36,451 nt of DNA, taken from positions 1 through 36,451 of the forward strand of contig JAUCBJ010000695.1 of the NCBI GenBank assembly GCA_032718475.1, given 5' to 3'. Shown here one piece after another: positions 11,138 to 21,289 of the stretch. Within the stretch, counting starts at the first letter, position 1, and the number at the start of each line of letters is the position of its first letter. Source of the stretch: Nemertoderma westbladi. Its lineage: Eukaryota; Animalia; Xenacoelomorpha. Under the pieces are notes generated by a model. It had not been told where the DNA came from. It did no database searches and worked only from the letters and a program-made list of their open reading frames with translations. The translations under genes and the position numbers were made by a program.

Positions 11138-12195
11138 CCTATATGGAATATTGACAAAAAGCGCGCCACACGGGTTCTCGTTAAACGAAAACCGCGCCAG
11201 CCATGACATTCAATGCGCGCCAACCATTGACAGATTGACCATGAAATTTTGCAATTATTGTAATCATTTACCATGTAATCATTATACTGCAGTACCTAGA
11301 CCTACTCCTACAGTATTTTAACATGGAAATGCGAGCGTAGCGAGCAAGAAAATTTTGGAGAAATGTTAAGATTAATACAGTAATACTGTAATATTCAGAT
11401 AGTAGGTCAGCCGACTGTTTTCAAATACAGAAGTGATTAAATTGCGAGCGTAGCGAGCAAGAAAATTTTAACATTTTTGGTAGGTCAAGCGACTGTTTTT
11501 TACCTACAGATGTGATTACGAATTAAATCGGAGTGTAGCGAGCACGGAAAATCTGCTGAATCTGGAATCGTGGTTTTAGGTTATATTGGTGTGAACAATT
11601 GAAAAACCTTTCAATCAACTCTACCGGTATTAAATTTTAATTATTAAACACATTAAAACTTTGGCCTGATATTGGCCATGATGATTAAAGTGGATTGGAT
11701 ATGGGATATGGTACCTTCAATGTCAATTTGTCGATCAGTCGGTTTGTCCATAATGTGGGTGATAAAATATCACTAATCAAATATCCCTATTATTACAGTT
11801 ATTCTGTTATTTGAATGATGAATAAAGTCAATAAGAGTAGGGCGTATTACAGTAGGCATACGTATAATACTGTAATACACAAACGCGAGCGAAGCGAGCG
11901 AAAATTTTTAAGGCTAGGGCTAACTCCTTTTAAAAATAGGCTCTACTGGCTGACTGGTAGAATTTCAAGTACAGAAGTAGAGTGGCTGGACATCTTGCCA
12001 GTCAGCCAGTGCTGCAGTGCATTTTGCTAACTGTACATGACATCCATTTCCGCGCCAGGATCGTCAATGCGCGCCACACGCCCCTGTTCCTTCGCGCCAG
12101 GATCCTGAATGCGCGCCACACGCCCCTGTTCCTTCGCGCCAGGATCCTAAATGCGCGCCACACATGTTGAGCAAACTCTACATAAATTCCAACCT
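11138..12195. mobile_element. Nested non-autonomous DNA element with GCGAGCG(T/A)AGCGAGC motifs, flanked by a 10-bp direct repeat
   Basis: gggtagcggg at 11128-11137 and 12196-12205. Four gcgagcgtagcgagc..aaaatttt-type motifs (~11331, 11443, 11529, 11885). gcgcgccaca motifs near both ends. Confidence 0.6.
12051..12165 (+). repeat. 42-bp tandem repeat, about 2.7 copies
   Basis: Unit cgcgccaggatc(g/c)t.aatgcgcgccacacgcccctgttcctt. Confidence 0.9.
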
Positions 12196-12812
12196 GGGTA
12201 GCGGGTAGGTCTACTTACCGGTACTGACTTAGTGCTGTGTAGTGCAAGTCTGAGCCGTGCTATCAATTTTCTGCGCCTGCGCCTGTCGCGCCGCGCTCTA
12301 AATTTTCTGCGCCTGCGCGCGGCGCTGCGCTCTCAATTTTCTGCGCCATGAACGGGTAGGCTAAATTTGTAGACAATGAATGTATCTGCAAGGGCCATTA
12401 AACGCAGCCAATCATCGCCGATACCTTGAAAACACTGTCCGTGTACTAGACGTCCGTGAACGACAGTGTACTAGAATTATATTGGGTGATGGTTGTTTTA
12501 TATTTGTTGTCCGTTTATGTAAGTTGTATTTTGGTTTGTTTATGTAGAAGTACAGTTTTCGTACATAGCCCGACTCGACTGACATTGCGCGTTGTTTTAT
12601 TACTCACAGCCCCATTCCACTGGCCACTTTTTCTTGTTTGTTCAAACTTTAAACTTACTAATAATGCATTATATTGTTTGCAAGCCAGTAACAACCAAAT
12701 GTTTCTACATTATCCGACAAAATGTGGCGGATAGCCACAACAAACCATATTCAAAATTTTCACGTTTTATTATGGTTCTTATTGGTTTGCAAACAGTACC
12801 CAGTGGCATCCA

Positions 12813-15800
12813 GTGTATGTTGTATTAGCCACAGTAGTATATTCAATTACCTTCCAACCATCTTCCATATCGATCCTTCTTTGCGGTGATATAGAGAGTA
12901 ACCCTGGCCCGCTCTCTGTATGGCACCATAATGTCCGCAGCCTTTTACCAAAATTAAATAACAAAATCTGCACTGACAAGTTAAAAATAATTTACGACAC
13001 TATCTTAGATTTAAATATTGATATTTTTATTGTAACGGAAACATGGTTTTTAAAATGTACGGCAGCTGACCATGAAAGTGAGCTGAACAAACACTCTTAT
13101 AAATACTATGACAAACCCCGCGCTGACAACTCGGGGTACGGTGGTGTCGGGTTATTTATCAGGGAGTCATTACCCCATCTCAGACGCACTGGCAGGGCCT
13201 TTAACTCGCAAGGTCTAGAATTAATATTTATTGATATTTTCATCGTAAAATTAAAAGTTCTCGTGATTGGTCTTTACACACCCACCGAACCTACTGCACA
13301 GTACTGGGATACCTTGTACGATGTTATTTGTAACATCACGACAGCGTATAAATATGATGGAATTCTTCTTTTAGGTGACTTTAATACCAACTGTTTTCAC
13401 CAAACTCCTTTTCTAGTAAACAAATTCTGCTCTTTAACTGGTTTTACCCAAGTGATAAACTCTATAACTCGATCCCAATCCCAATCTTGCATTGACTTAT
13501 TATTCACTAATTTACTTCCCCTGAAAATTAAGGCGGACGCACATGCTGATATTTGTTTTGACAACAACCTTCCCATTTCTGACCACTCGCCAATTTTTAT
13601 CGACTTAAACGTTGATATCAAACCGCCACCCCTTTTCATTCGTACCGTATGGGATTATGACAAAGCGAACTGGGGAGAATTCAGACAATTCCTAAATAGC
13701 AAATGTCTTAGTAGCTACTTTGGTGCACATGCCGATGACCCTGTTGAAGGTGTTAATTTTCTCACAGAGACTTTACTTGAAGGTACGAATAGATTTATTC
13801 CCAGCCACAAAATAAAAACCAGATCCAGCGACCCTAAGTGGATAAATAATGAGTTGCGCTCACTGTTCAGGCGCAGGGAAAGGCTACACAAACGAGCCAA
13901 AGGGACACCCAACAACTCAAATCAATGGGTCAATTTCAGAAAATATCGAAATTTTGTCACTCAAAAAGTTCGCTTAGCTAAGGCTTCATATTCTAGTGAA
14001 TTGTATTTATCAACCAAAAGTTCCAGCAACTTAGACTCTAAGAAATGGTTTTCAATAGTAAAGTCGGTACTGGGGAAAAACAAATTATCATCCATCCCGT
14101 TCTTATTTGATGGTGATACAGCGGTGTATGAAGCCTTTGACAAAGCCCAAGTTCTAAATAACAGATTTGTCATTAATTCCACTTTACCAGGTTTATTACC
14201 GACGACCCCAGTACAATCCACACCTCAGACAGCACCACCGCTAGTACATCCCACACACCAGCCTGTACCACCGGTGGCACTTTCTGTAGTACCTCCAGTG
14301 CTTCACCACATACCCCCGACTGTACCACTGGTAGTACATCCCACACCTCCGATTGTACCTCCAGCAGTGCACCCCATACCCCAGACTGTACCACCGGTTG
14401 TACATCCCACACCTCCGATTGTACCTCCAGCAGTGCACCCCATACCCCAGACTGTACCACCGGAAGTACATCCCACACCTCCGATTGTACCTCCAGCAGT
14501 GCACCCCATACCCCAGACTGTACCACCGGTAGTACATCCCACACCGTCGATTGTACCTCCAGCAGTGCACCCCATACCCCAGACTGTACCACCGGTGGTA
14601 CATCCCACACCTCCGATTGTACCTCTAGCAGTGCACCCCATACCCCTGACTGTACCACCGGTAGTACATCCCATACCTCCGATTGTACCTCCAGCAGTGC
14701 ACCCCATACCCCAGACTGTACCACACCAGACTGTACATCCCATACCACAATCTTTACCCCCGACTTCACTACACCCCGACCCCTCTACTGTTCAGGGCGT
14801 CCCTGAAGAAGCAGTCCTAGAGCACATACAGATTTCAGAAGAGGACGTAGGTGCAGGTATTTCGTCCTTAAAAACGAATGGATCTCCTGGTATCGATGGA
14901 ATAAGTAACAGAGTTATTAAATCATTATCCGGCTCTTTAATAGTCAGTCTAACTATTTTATTTAACGCGTTACTTAACATTTCTATTTTTCCACAATCCT
15001 GGAAGTATTCTAATATTACTCCAATTTTTAAAAAGGGGGAATTTTATAATTCTGGCAACTATCGCCCAATTTCTTTATTAAATAACCTTTCTAAGCTTTT
15101 TGAAACTGTTGTCAGAAAGCATATCTGGAATTTCCTATGGCATAAAATATCGAAACGACAATCAGGATTTATTCCCGGCGATAGTTGCCAAAACCAACTT
15201 CTCTTCCTATACGACTCCTGGTGCCAGGCATGGGATGAAGGCGACGTCACACAAGTAATATTCTGTGATGTCACAAAAGCCTTTGACAGGGTATGGCACG
15301 CAGGTCTCCTTGAAAAATTATATAGAATGGGAATCCGCGGTCGTTTATTGGCATGGTTCCAATGTTATTTATCAGGGCGTTGGCAGCGTGTAGTACTAGA
15401 TGGGACATGCTCACTGTTTCTGGCGGTGCTCGCAGGCGTACCCCAGGGAAGTGTGCTCGGTCCCATCTTATTTATTATTTACATAAATGACCTTGTTGAT
15501 GTATTGTCGGCAAACTGTTCACTGTTTGCTGACGATACATCTCTTTCATCTAGAATCAGTCATCCTGTTGTGCGCGCTCACTTTCTTAACCACGAACTTC
15601 ATGAACTACACACTTGGGCTACTAAATGGCTCGTAACTTTTAACCCAGAGAAAACCATTGTAATGACTATGTGTGGTTCCATCCCCTACCAGACAGTGCC
15701 ACTATATCTAAATGGTGAGGCCCTTCCGTGTGGTGAGACTCACAAACACCTGGGACTGGTATTTTCTTCCAATTTCAAGTTCAATGACCATGTCCTAGAA

Positions 15801-16601
15801 CTAATTAACTCAGTTTCGAGAAATCTATTGGTTCTGCGGAAAACTAAATACGTCCTATCCAAAGATGCAATACTAAAAATATACAAAACATTTATACGTC
15901 CTAAACTGGAATACGGCTGTGCGGTCTGGAACAACATATCTCAAGAAATGTCTGAACTACTTGACAATTTTGAACTTGAAATTCTAAGAATTGCCACTGG
16001 TGCTCCATCTCGCACTTCACATAGCAAGTTATATACCGAATGCAACATACAGAGTCTCTCTTCCAGGCGCTCAGCCATCTGCTTAATAACTTTTTATAAA
16101 ATTATTAACAAGTTAACTCCGGAGTACTTATTTTCCAGAATCCCAATTACAGTGGGGCAAAACCCATCACATAGTTACCCTCTCAGAAACAGCGCCAACA
16201 TTTCCCAAATATCGTACCGTAAAGACCTTTATGGCAAATCTTTCTTTCCAAACACTATAAAAAAATGGAACGATCTCCCTTTTTCAACACGTTCACTCCC
16301 TCTCCCGACGTTTAAATCCCGACTCATTTCAAATAATGTTATCAAACCATTTTACTGTGTTGGAACCCGCAAATTTCAAATCATTGTCTGCCAGTTGCGA
16401 CTGCGGTGTAGTGAATTATCTGCAGACATGGTATCCAGGCACCTTCAGGACTCACCTGAGTGCACCTCATGCGGTGCTGCCACAGAAAACGCCTTTCACT
16501 TTTTTATAACTTGTCCGAATTACTCTGGTGCCCGCCGTACACTGAAGGTTGGGTTGGAAGCCCTGGGGGCTTCACTGTCATTAAACTCTGTTTTAGAGTG
16601 A
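12813..16601 (+). CDS. LINE polyprotein: 2A-like peptide, APE endonuclease, Pro-rich repeat, reverse transcriptase, CCHC knuckle (ORF track start is GTG; true start uncertain)
   Basis: APE motifs HNVRSL, TETW, GGVGLFIR, GDFN, IDL, SDH. RT motifs NYRPISLL, QSGF, DVTKAFDRV, GVPQGSVLGP, FADD, HLG. C-terminal CTSC..H..C. Confidence 0.95.
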   Translation: MYVVLATVVYSITFQPSSISILLCGDIESNPGPLSVWHHNVRSLLPKLNNKICTDKLKIIYDTILDLNIDIFIVTETWFLKCTAADHESELNKHSYKYYDKPRADNSGYGGVGLFIRESLPHLRRTGRAFNSQGLELIFIDIFIVKLKVLVIGLYTPTEPTAQYWDTLYDVICNITTAYKYDGILLLGDFNTNCFHQTPFLVNKFCSLTGFTQVINSITRSQSQSCIDLLFTNLLPLKIKADAHADICFDNNLPISDHSPIFIDLNVDIKPPPLFIRTVWDYDKANWGEFRQFLNSKCLSSYFGAHADDPVEGVNFLTETLLEGTNRFIPSHKIKTRSSDPKWINNELRSLFRRRERLHKRAKGTPNNSNQWVNFRKYRNFVTQKVRLAKASYSSELYLSTKSSSNLDSKKWFSIVKSVLGKNKLSSIPFLFDGDTAVYEAFDKAQVLNNRFVINSTLPGLLPTTPVQSTPQTAPPLVHPTHQPVPPVALSVVPPVLHHIPPTVPLVVHPTPPIVPPAVHPIPQTVPPVVHPTPPIVPPAVHPIPQTVPPEVHPTPPIVPPAVHPIPQTVPPVVHPTPSIVPPAVHPIPQTVPPVVHPTPPIVPLAVHPIPLTVPPVVHPIPPIVPPAVHPIPQTVPHQTVHPIPQSLPPTSLHPDPSTVQGVPEEAVLEHIQISEEDVGAGISSLKTNGSPGIDGISNRVIKSLSGSLIVSLTILFNALLNISIFPQSWKYSNITPIFKKGEFYNSGNYRPISLLNNLSKLFETVVRKHIWNFLWHKISKRQSGFIPGDSCQNQLLFLYDSWCQAWDEGDVTQVIFCDVTKAFDRVWHAGLLEKLYRMGIRGRLLAWFQCYLSGRWQRVVLDGTCSLFLAVLAGVPQGSVLGPILFIIYINDLVDVLSANCSLFADDTSLSSRISHPVVRAHFLNHELHELHTWATKWLVTFNPEKTIVMTMCGSIPYQTVPLYLNGEALPCGETHKHLGLVFSSNFKFNDHVLELINSVSRNLLVLRKTKYVLSKDAILKIYKTFIRPKLEYGCAVWNNISQEMSELLDNFELEILRIATGAPSRTSHSKLYTECNIQSLSSRRSAICLITFYKIINKLTPEYLFSRIPITVGQNPSHSYPLRNSANISQISYRKDLYGKSFFPNTIKKWNDLPFSTRSLPLPTFKSRLISNNVIKPFYCVGTRKFQIIVCQLRLRCSELSADMVSRHLQDSPECTSCGAATENAFHFFITCPNYSGARRTLKVGLEALGASLSLNSVLE
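12876..12911 (+). other. 2A-like StopGo (ribosome-skipping) motif LLCGDIESNPGP
   Basis: Exact match to the D(V/I)ExNPG|P consensus, immediately N-terminal to the APE domain. Confidence 0.9.
14199..14790 (+). repeat. Coding minisatellite: 66-bp unit (2 x 33 bp) encoding TVPPVVHPTPP-IVPPAVHPIPQ, about 6 full units plus degenerate flanks
   Basis: actgtacca recurs at 14319, 14385, 14451, 14517, 14583, 14649 and 14715. The reading frame is preserved. Confidence 0.95.
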
Positions 16602-17102
16602 CAAGGTATATCTGCGACCGATTACAACAAATATTTCTCCCTTCTAAACACCTTTATTGTCTCTACTCAGCGTTTTCGGCTACTTTCACAATAAAACAAA
16701 ACCATTAGCCCAAAATATTTACTTACTTGCTTGCATATATACCTTTTCCCTTCAACTGCCTTTGTTAGCTAATTAAATAGATTCATTTGGTAATGTAAAT
16801 TAAATTTCACTGTATGTTGCTACATTATATTATTTTTATTTTTTATGTTTATTGATGTGCCTTCTATTTTGTGGCTTGGTTGTGAGTCAGCGCGCCCGTC
16901 GGTCTAGTATATTTTTATTTTATAAAGTTTATTGTTTACCATATATTTACAACTGTCACTCCTAGCAACTCTAATCTGATATAATAACTAAGCTGGATAT
17001 AGGGCCTTATCTGTCCGAATTGTTATTGTCAATTGTCATAATGTGACCCTGTTAAGCTTAATTCAATATACAGTCCTACCGCTAGAGAAAAAACACTGTC
17101 CG

Positions 17103-17585
17103 GTGTTCAGACATGCATGTGCATTGAACAACAAGATGATGCAACCAAGCACATCCTGACTTTGGAGAACAAGGTTCCGATGGCGACAGAAGTCCTGTTA
17201 TTTCAGCTCATTTGATTAAAAAGTTACTTACGGACAGCGGGACTCCCAGATCCCGCAAACGGAAACAACTGGCATTTTTTCCCTGTAATATTGTTTTGAA
17301 TAAAGGGAAGGTGTGTCTATTTAATTTCAGTAATTACTGCACTTAATGACTAATTGTATCAGAACTACAGTTCTCCAAACATTGTCAAAGTAAAAAAAAT
17401 ATTATTCAAATTTGAGATTATACAAAAAATTAACAAATAATAAAATTTGTGAGATTTCGCTGGGATGAGTTGCTCTCATCTATAATTAGTCCACTAAAAC
17501 AAATATTTCGTCCGAAGTGCGAAAATCAACTTCAGGAGCTTAGCTTTTGTGTTTGGGACTCCGGAGTCCCGCAGTCCTCAAAGGG
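17103..17585 (-). mobile_element. piggyBac terminal region (probable 5' end of the fragmented minus-strand element)
   Basis: Ends in ...cctcaaaGGG|TTAA (TTAA at 17586-17589). A palindromic subterminal motif gggactccggagtccc has a related copy at ~17238. Confidence 0.65.
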
Positions 17586-18140
17586 TTAATGTAATATGTG
17601 AAGCCAGGAGTGTTATAATACTCTAAGGTCATAGACGGTCGTAAGAATATGAGTCTATATTTGAACTGAGAATCAATCCTCAAGTCAAGAAATCTTTGGG
17701 TTTATGCATGTAAAGTCCCATACTTTACCAAAAAATAGTGAAATTTTTAATTTATACACAGAGAAGTAGTCTAACTCAGCCCAATCACCCAGTGGAATGC
17801 AAAGCACGTTTGTGTTGCGTCATCTTAAGAAACAATTATCTGTAGTTTCATAATCTACTCCCTTAGAAACATCATGATCACGGCCAATTGAAAATTGTCC
17901 CATACTTTACCATTATAATGGCGATTACATTTTAGTGCACTGTATTAATGTAATATATGAAACCTGGAGGGAGGAGTGTTATACTGCTTTAGGGTGATAG
18001 TAGTGGGAAGCATAGAAGTATGTATTTTAACTAAGAATCATTCCTCAGTTAACTAATCTTTGAGTTTATGCATGTAAATAGTCCCGTACTTTACAACAAA
18101 ATTTCAAAAAATTTAGTTTTTTTAGCAGATAAGAAGATCG
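17586..18140 (+). repeat. Diverged direct repeats with about 183-bp periodicity, probably the subterminal array of a DNA transposon
   Basis: gtccc(a/g)tactttac at ~17715, ~17897 and 18081. 17586-17770 is similar to 17946-18140. Confidence 0.7.
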
Positions 18141-18159
18141 GTAAGTACAGTAAATTGAT

Positions 18160-18510
18160 ACATTTTTAGAAAAATGGAAAGAATTTCTAAACTTTTCACA
18201 GAATACACGTGTACCAAGTTTGGTTATACAGTATTTCATCAATGATTGGCGGACTTATTTCGGTTTTTATCAAAATTTTGAAACTATCGGTACCAACAGA
18301 CAGAATGTCTCATATGTGACCTTTGATTCCTTAAAGTTCAGATTATTTCCAAACTTTTGACAGACTTCATACGTACCAAGTTTGGTTTATTTTCATCTAT
18401 AAATGACCGAGTTATACAGTATTAGCGATCAAAAATTAGACAGATGACAGACAACTCCTCAATGGCACCCATATGCTAACACTTCGGGTCAATTTGTGGG
18501 TCGCCCCACA
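18160..18510 (+). mobile_element. Possible Helentron-associated (HINE/DINE-1-like) remnant
   Basis: Two core repeats containing aaactttt..acaga...gtaccaagtttggtt (~160 bp apart), followed by a gacagatgacagac microsatellite-like tract. Confidence 0.45.
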
Positions 18511-19189
18511 TTTTGCATCCATATCTTGGTTGGAAATACTTAGTTGCACTTTATTATCACTAATTATCCAGAAATTACTGCTGAAATGAACTACCTTCCA
18601 TCTAATAATGTAATACACAGCAGTCGTCTAAGCAGGCAAATCACAATGACAATTCGTGTGATGTGCTGATGTGTTTTGCATCACTCACTGTCTTTTACCA
18701 ATTAATCAAGTGTTCCATTGGTCGCAATTGACAGAAGTTGTGGCAATGGTGAAAAGAGACACAGATCCCCGAAGCGCCATATTGGGTACTTCCAGAAGGC
18801 CTGCAAACTTATTTTGAAGGTCATTGATTCTTTGAATTCGAAACACCAGAGTCAGTTGGACTTTATGACTCGCCAACTTGAAGTACTTTATTAGAAAACA
18901 TACTCAAAGGTTGATTATATAATCGCAATCTAAGGTTATCCATTAAGTTACAGACTGACAGTTGTGTGACGAAATATAACTACTACTGATTATGTAGTTG
19001 GTATGTGCTACACTGCTTCGGTGGAATACCTCAACTAGGCCTATCTGTAGCACCTTCATATAAAATGCCAATAAAATTTAGGCTAAGATGTGGAAACATG
19101 GTATCTTCCTTCACATGGGCATTGCGTGCAGTAGTAAATTCATAAATTCAAATAAATACATACAATTCCTACTCCGATTTTGATTGATT

Positions 19190-20850
19190 TAAATTTGTTC
19201 GATTTGAACTGGGGATGGTGGAGTGGTTGTTGGAACCGGAAAAGGTGGCTTGGTTGTTGGAACTGGGGGAGGTGGAATTGTTGGGGGAACTGGCAAAGGT
19301 GGAGTGGTTGAAAAAACTGTGGAAGGTGAAGTTGTTTGGAACTGGGGATGGTATGGTCAGTGGTTGTGGGATGGTATGTATGGGCCAAATGGAGCAGGTA
19401 TTCCATCGAACCTTGACGATTTAGATATTCTGAGCATAAATACACTAGGTCCAGCTATTCAATGAGATATTTCTGAAATGGATGTTACATCAATGCCAGA
19501 AGTTGATACTAGAAATTCTAGAAAGATACGTGCTGATTCGGAGGTCAGCTCCTGCAGTCGTAACAGTAGTATTGATGCTGATCTTGACTTTACTGATTGG
19601 TCAGAATCTGAAGATTCCAACAGTGAACATGCATCACATCTACTAAAAAAAGCGATGCAGTCAAGCAAAAAGTAATATCTACTATCAAGGACCACATAGA
19701 CTCGTTCCACCCCCAGCTGTTGCATTATACATAGATCTGAACATGCTCTAAATCGCAGATATTTACCATGTGAATTTACCATAGCCAAACAGCATGCGGA
19801 TTTTGAGATTTTTTTCTTCCATTCAATGAATATCTTACTTACGAAACTTGTTAATGAAGAATGTATCAAAAGTGAGATGTATGATTTCCATCTGCGCCTT
19901 TCACCACAACCGTGGTGTAATGAATGCAAGGAGTGTGAAGATAATGCGGAACATAGGAATTGATTGATTCTATCATGAGAATTATATTGGGCAGATGGTG
20001 ATGCCCCAACTTCACCTTCAAAGACTAATGTCTCTGCAGATTTGCAGAAAATTATAATGCTTCCTATAATGGAATCATTTAAGGATGTGCAATTTCTGAA
20101 GTGAATCATTGCATTTCATGAATCTTTTGTCCAAGTTGGAAGTAATAAAGGTGATAGTAAGTAATATATTTAGTGCACTTGCCATGAAGGCAAACATGGA
20201 AGACAGGATGAGGATATCTGTGGAACCTTTTATCACTTCTTGTTATCAGTACGCAATAAATTGTATATGAAGATTTGGACCAACAACTGCAGGGCTCAAA
20301 ATAAAAATTATACCTTGTTTACTTGTCTACTTGCATTAGCTCAGGTGTTAGGTCCTGCAGTGAATGGACTATGGTATTTTGAGCCAGTCCACTCCTATAT
20401 GAGTGCTGATTACCTCCACAGGCGGGTTACCAAGGAGCTGTCTGAGATGAATGGAGGATGAATAAAAAGATTGATTTTCAAGATTTTCAAATCCTGCATC
20501 AGGAAATCCGCTAATTATAAATCTGAAATAAAGACAATGTCACATGCTGACTTTCCAGACTGGAAAGATGAAACATCGAAGGCAAAGCTTAAATCAAGTT
20601 GAGAGAATGGATCTTTCCCTTACTTGAAATCGATTGTAGCCTTGCGGTTAAAAAAGGGTAGTAAGTTGATCCAGTTTAAGAAGGAGTATCAGCAGGGAGA
20701 GGGATGAAGATCGAATTACTGAAGGGGGCAGCGAACCTTGGGATACCGGCACCAATTAAGCGACCAAATAGAGTTCCAATAGAGAGAATTCAGCGTCATC
20801 TAGGAGAATAGTAACCTATTTTACTGCCATACCTACGACCTACCAGTACC
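19190..20850 (+). pseudogene. Decayed Sola-like DDE transposase with a low-complexity N-terminus
   Basis: HIDSFHP..HALNRRYLP, MNI..KL.NEEC, SADLQKIIMLP, IWTNNCRAQNKN, YFEPVHSYMSAD..H. Many stops and frameshifts. 27-bp Gly-rich repeats at ~19207-19350. The superfamily call is from recalled motifs. Confidence 0.65.
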
Positions 20851-20971
20851 GTTAACTAAATTAACCCTGAATAATAATTTATATTGATGCCTGCTTGATA
20901 TTTTATAATGTAAACAAATCGTATTAACTATTTTAAATTATGCTGTACGTTTTAATGTTTTAATTAATTAA

Positions 20972-21011
20972 ACCGCTGAGGATGCCTGGGAGGGTGAAAT
21001 GCGCATACGGT
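20972..21011 (+). ncRNA. Minimal type I hammerhead ribozyme of the Penelope-like-element type
   Basis: accg-CTGAGGA-t-GCCT-ggga-GGGT-GAAA-t-GCGC-a-TA-cggt: stem I accg/cggt, CUGANGA core, stem II with a GNRA loop, GAAA, 2-bp stem III with a palindromic GCGC loop, and an AUA cleavage triplet. Confidence 0.8.
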
Positions 21012-21289
21012 GAAAGACCCTTACTTACACAATCTATCCATTATAATTAAGAATACACCACGAGTGACATCGTTCAAATTTATTCAATCCCTGCAGTTTT
21101 ACTTTAGACAGCGATGGTATACAGATTCTAGTCAGACAAAACACCCTGAAAGCTTTAGAAGTCTTGGAGAAATGACCTCATAGACAACTTCCTATGACAG
21201 CATATGCGGGAAGAACACACGTAGGATAGTTTTGTACTGGACCCTCAGGGAAAACAATCCATGAGAGAAGTGTCAACATTAACTACATC

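Larger units (their letters stand above)
10769..12355. mobile_element. GC-rich non-autonomous element with inverted subterminal GGCGCAGAAAATT-type repeats
   Basis: gcgcag(c)aaaa repeats at 10776-10950 and inverted aattttctgcgcc x3 at 12265-12347. Possible 9-bp TSD gtatgctaa (10760-10768) / gtaggctaa (12356-12364). Confidence 0.5.
12442..17089 (+). mobile_element. Near-intact CR1-group non-LTR retrotransposon with a 13-bp TSD
   Basis: TSD aaaacactgtccg at 12429-12441 and 17090-17102. One long APE-RT ORF and an AT-rich 3'UTR of about 400 bp. Confidence 0.9.

Noticed and set aside
14173-14769. Three overlapping antisense ORFs (198, 120 and 146 aa)
   Set aside because: They are a by-product of a 33/66-bp repeat that lacks stop codons on the reverse strand.
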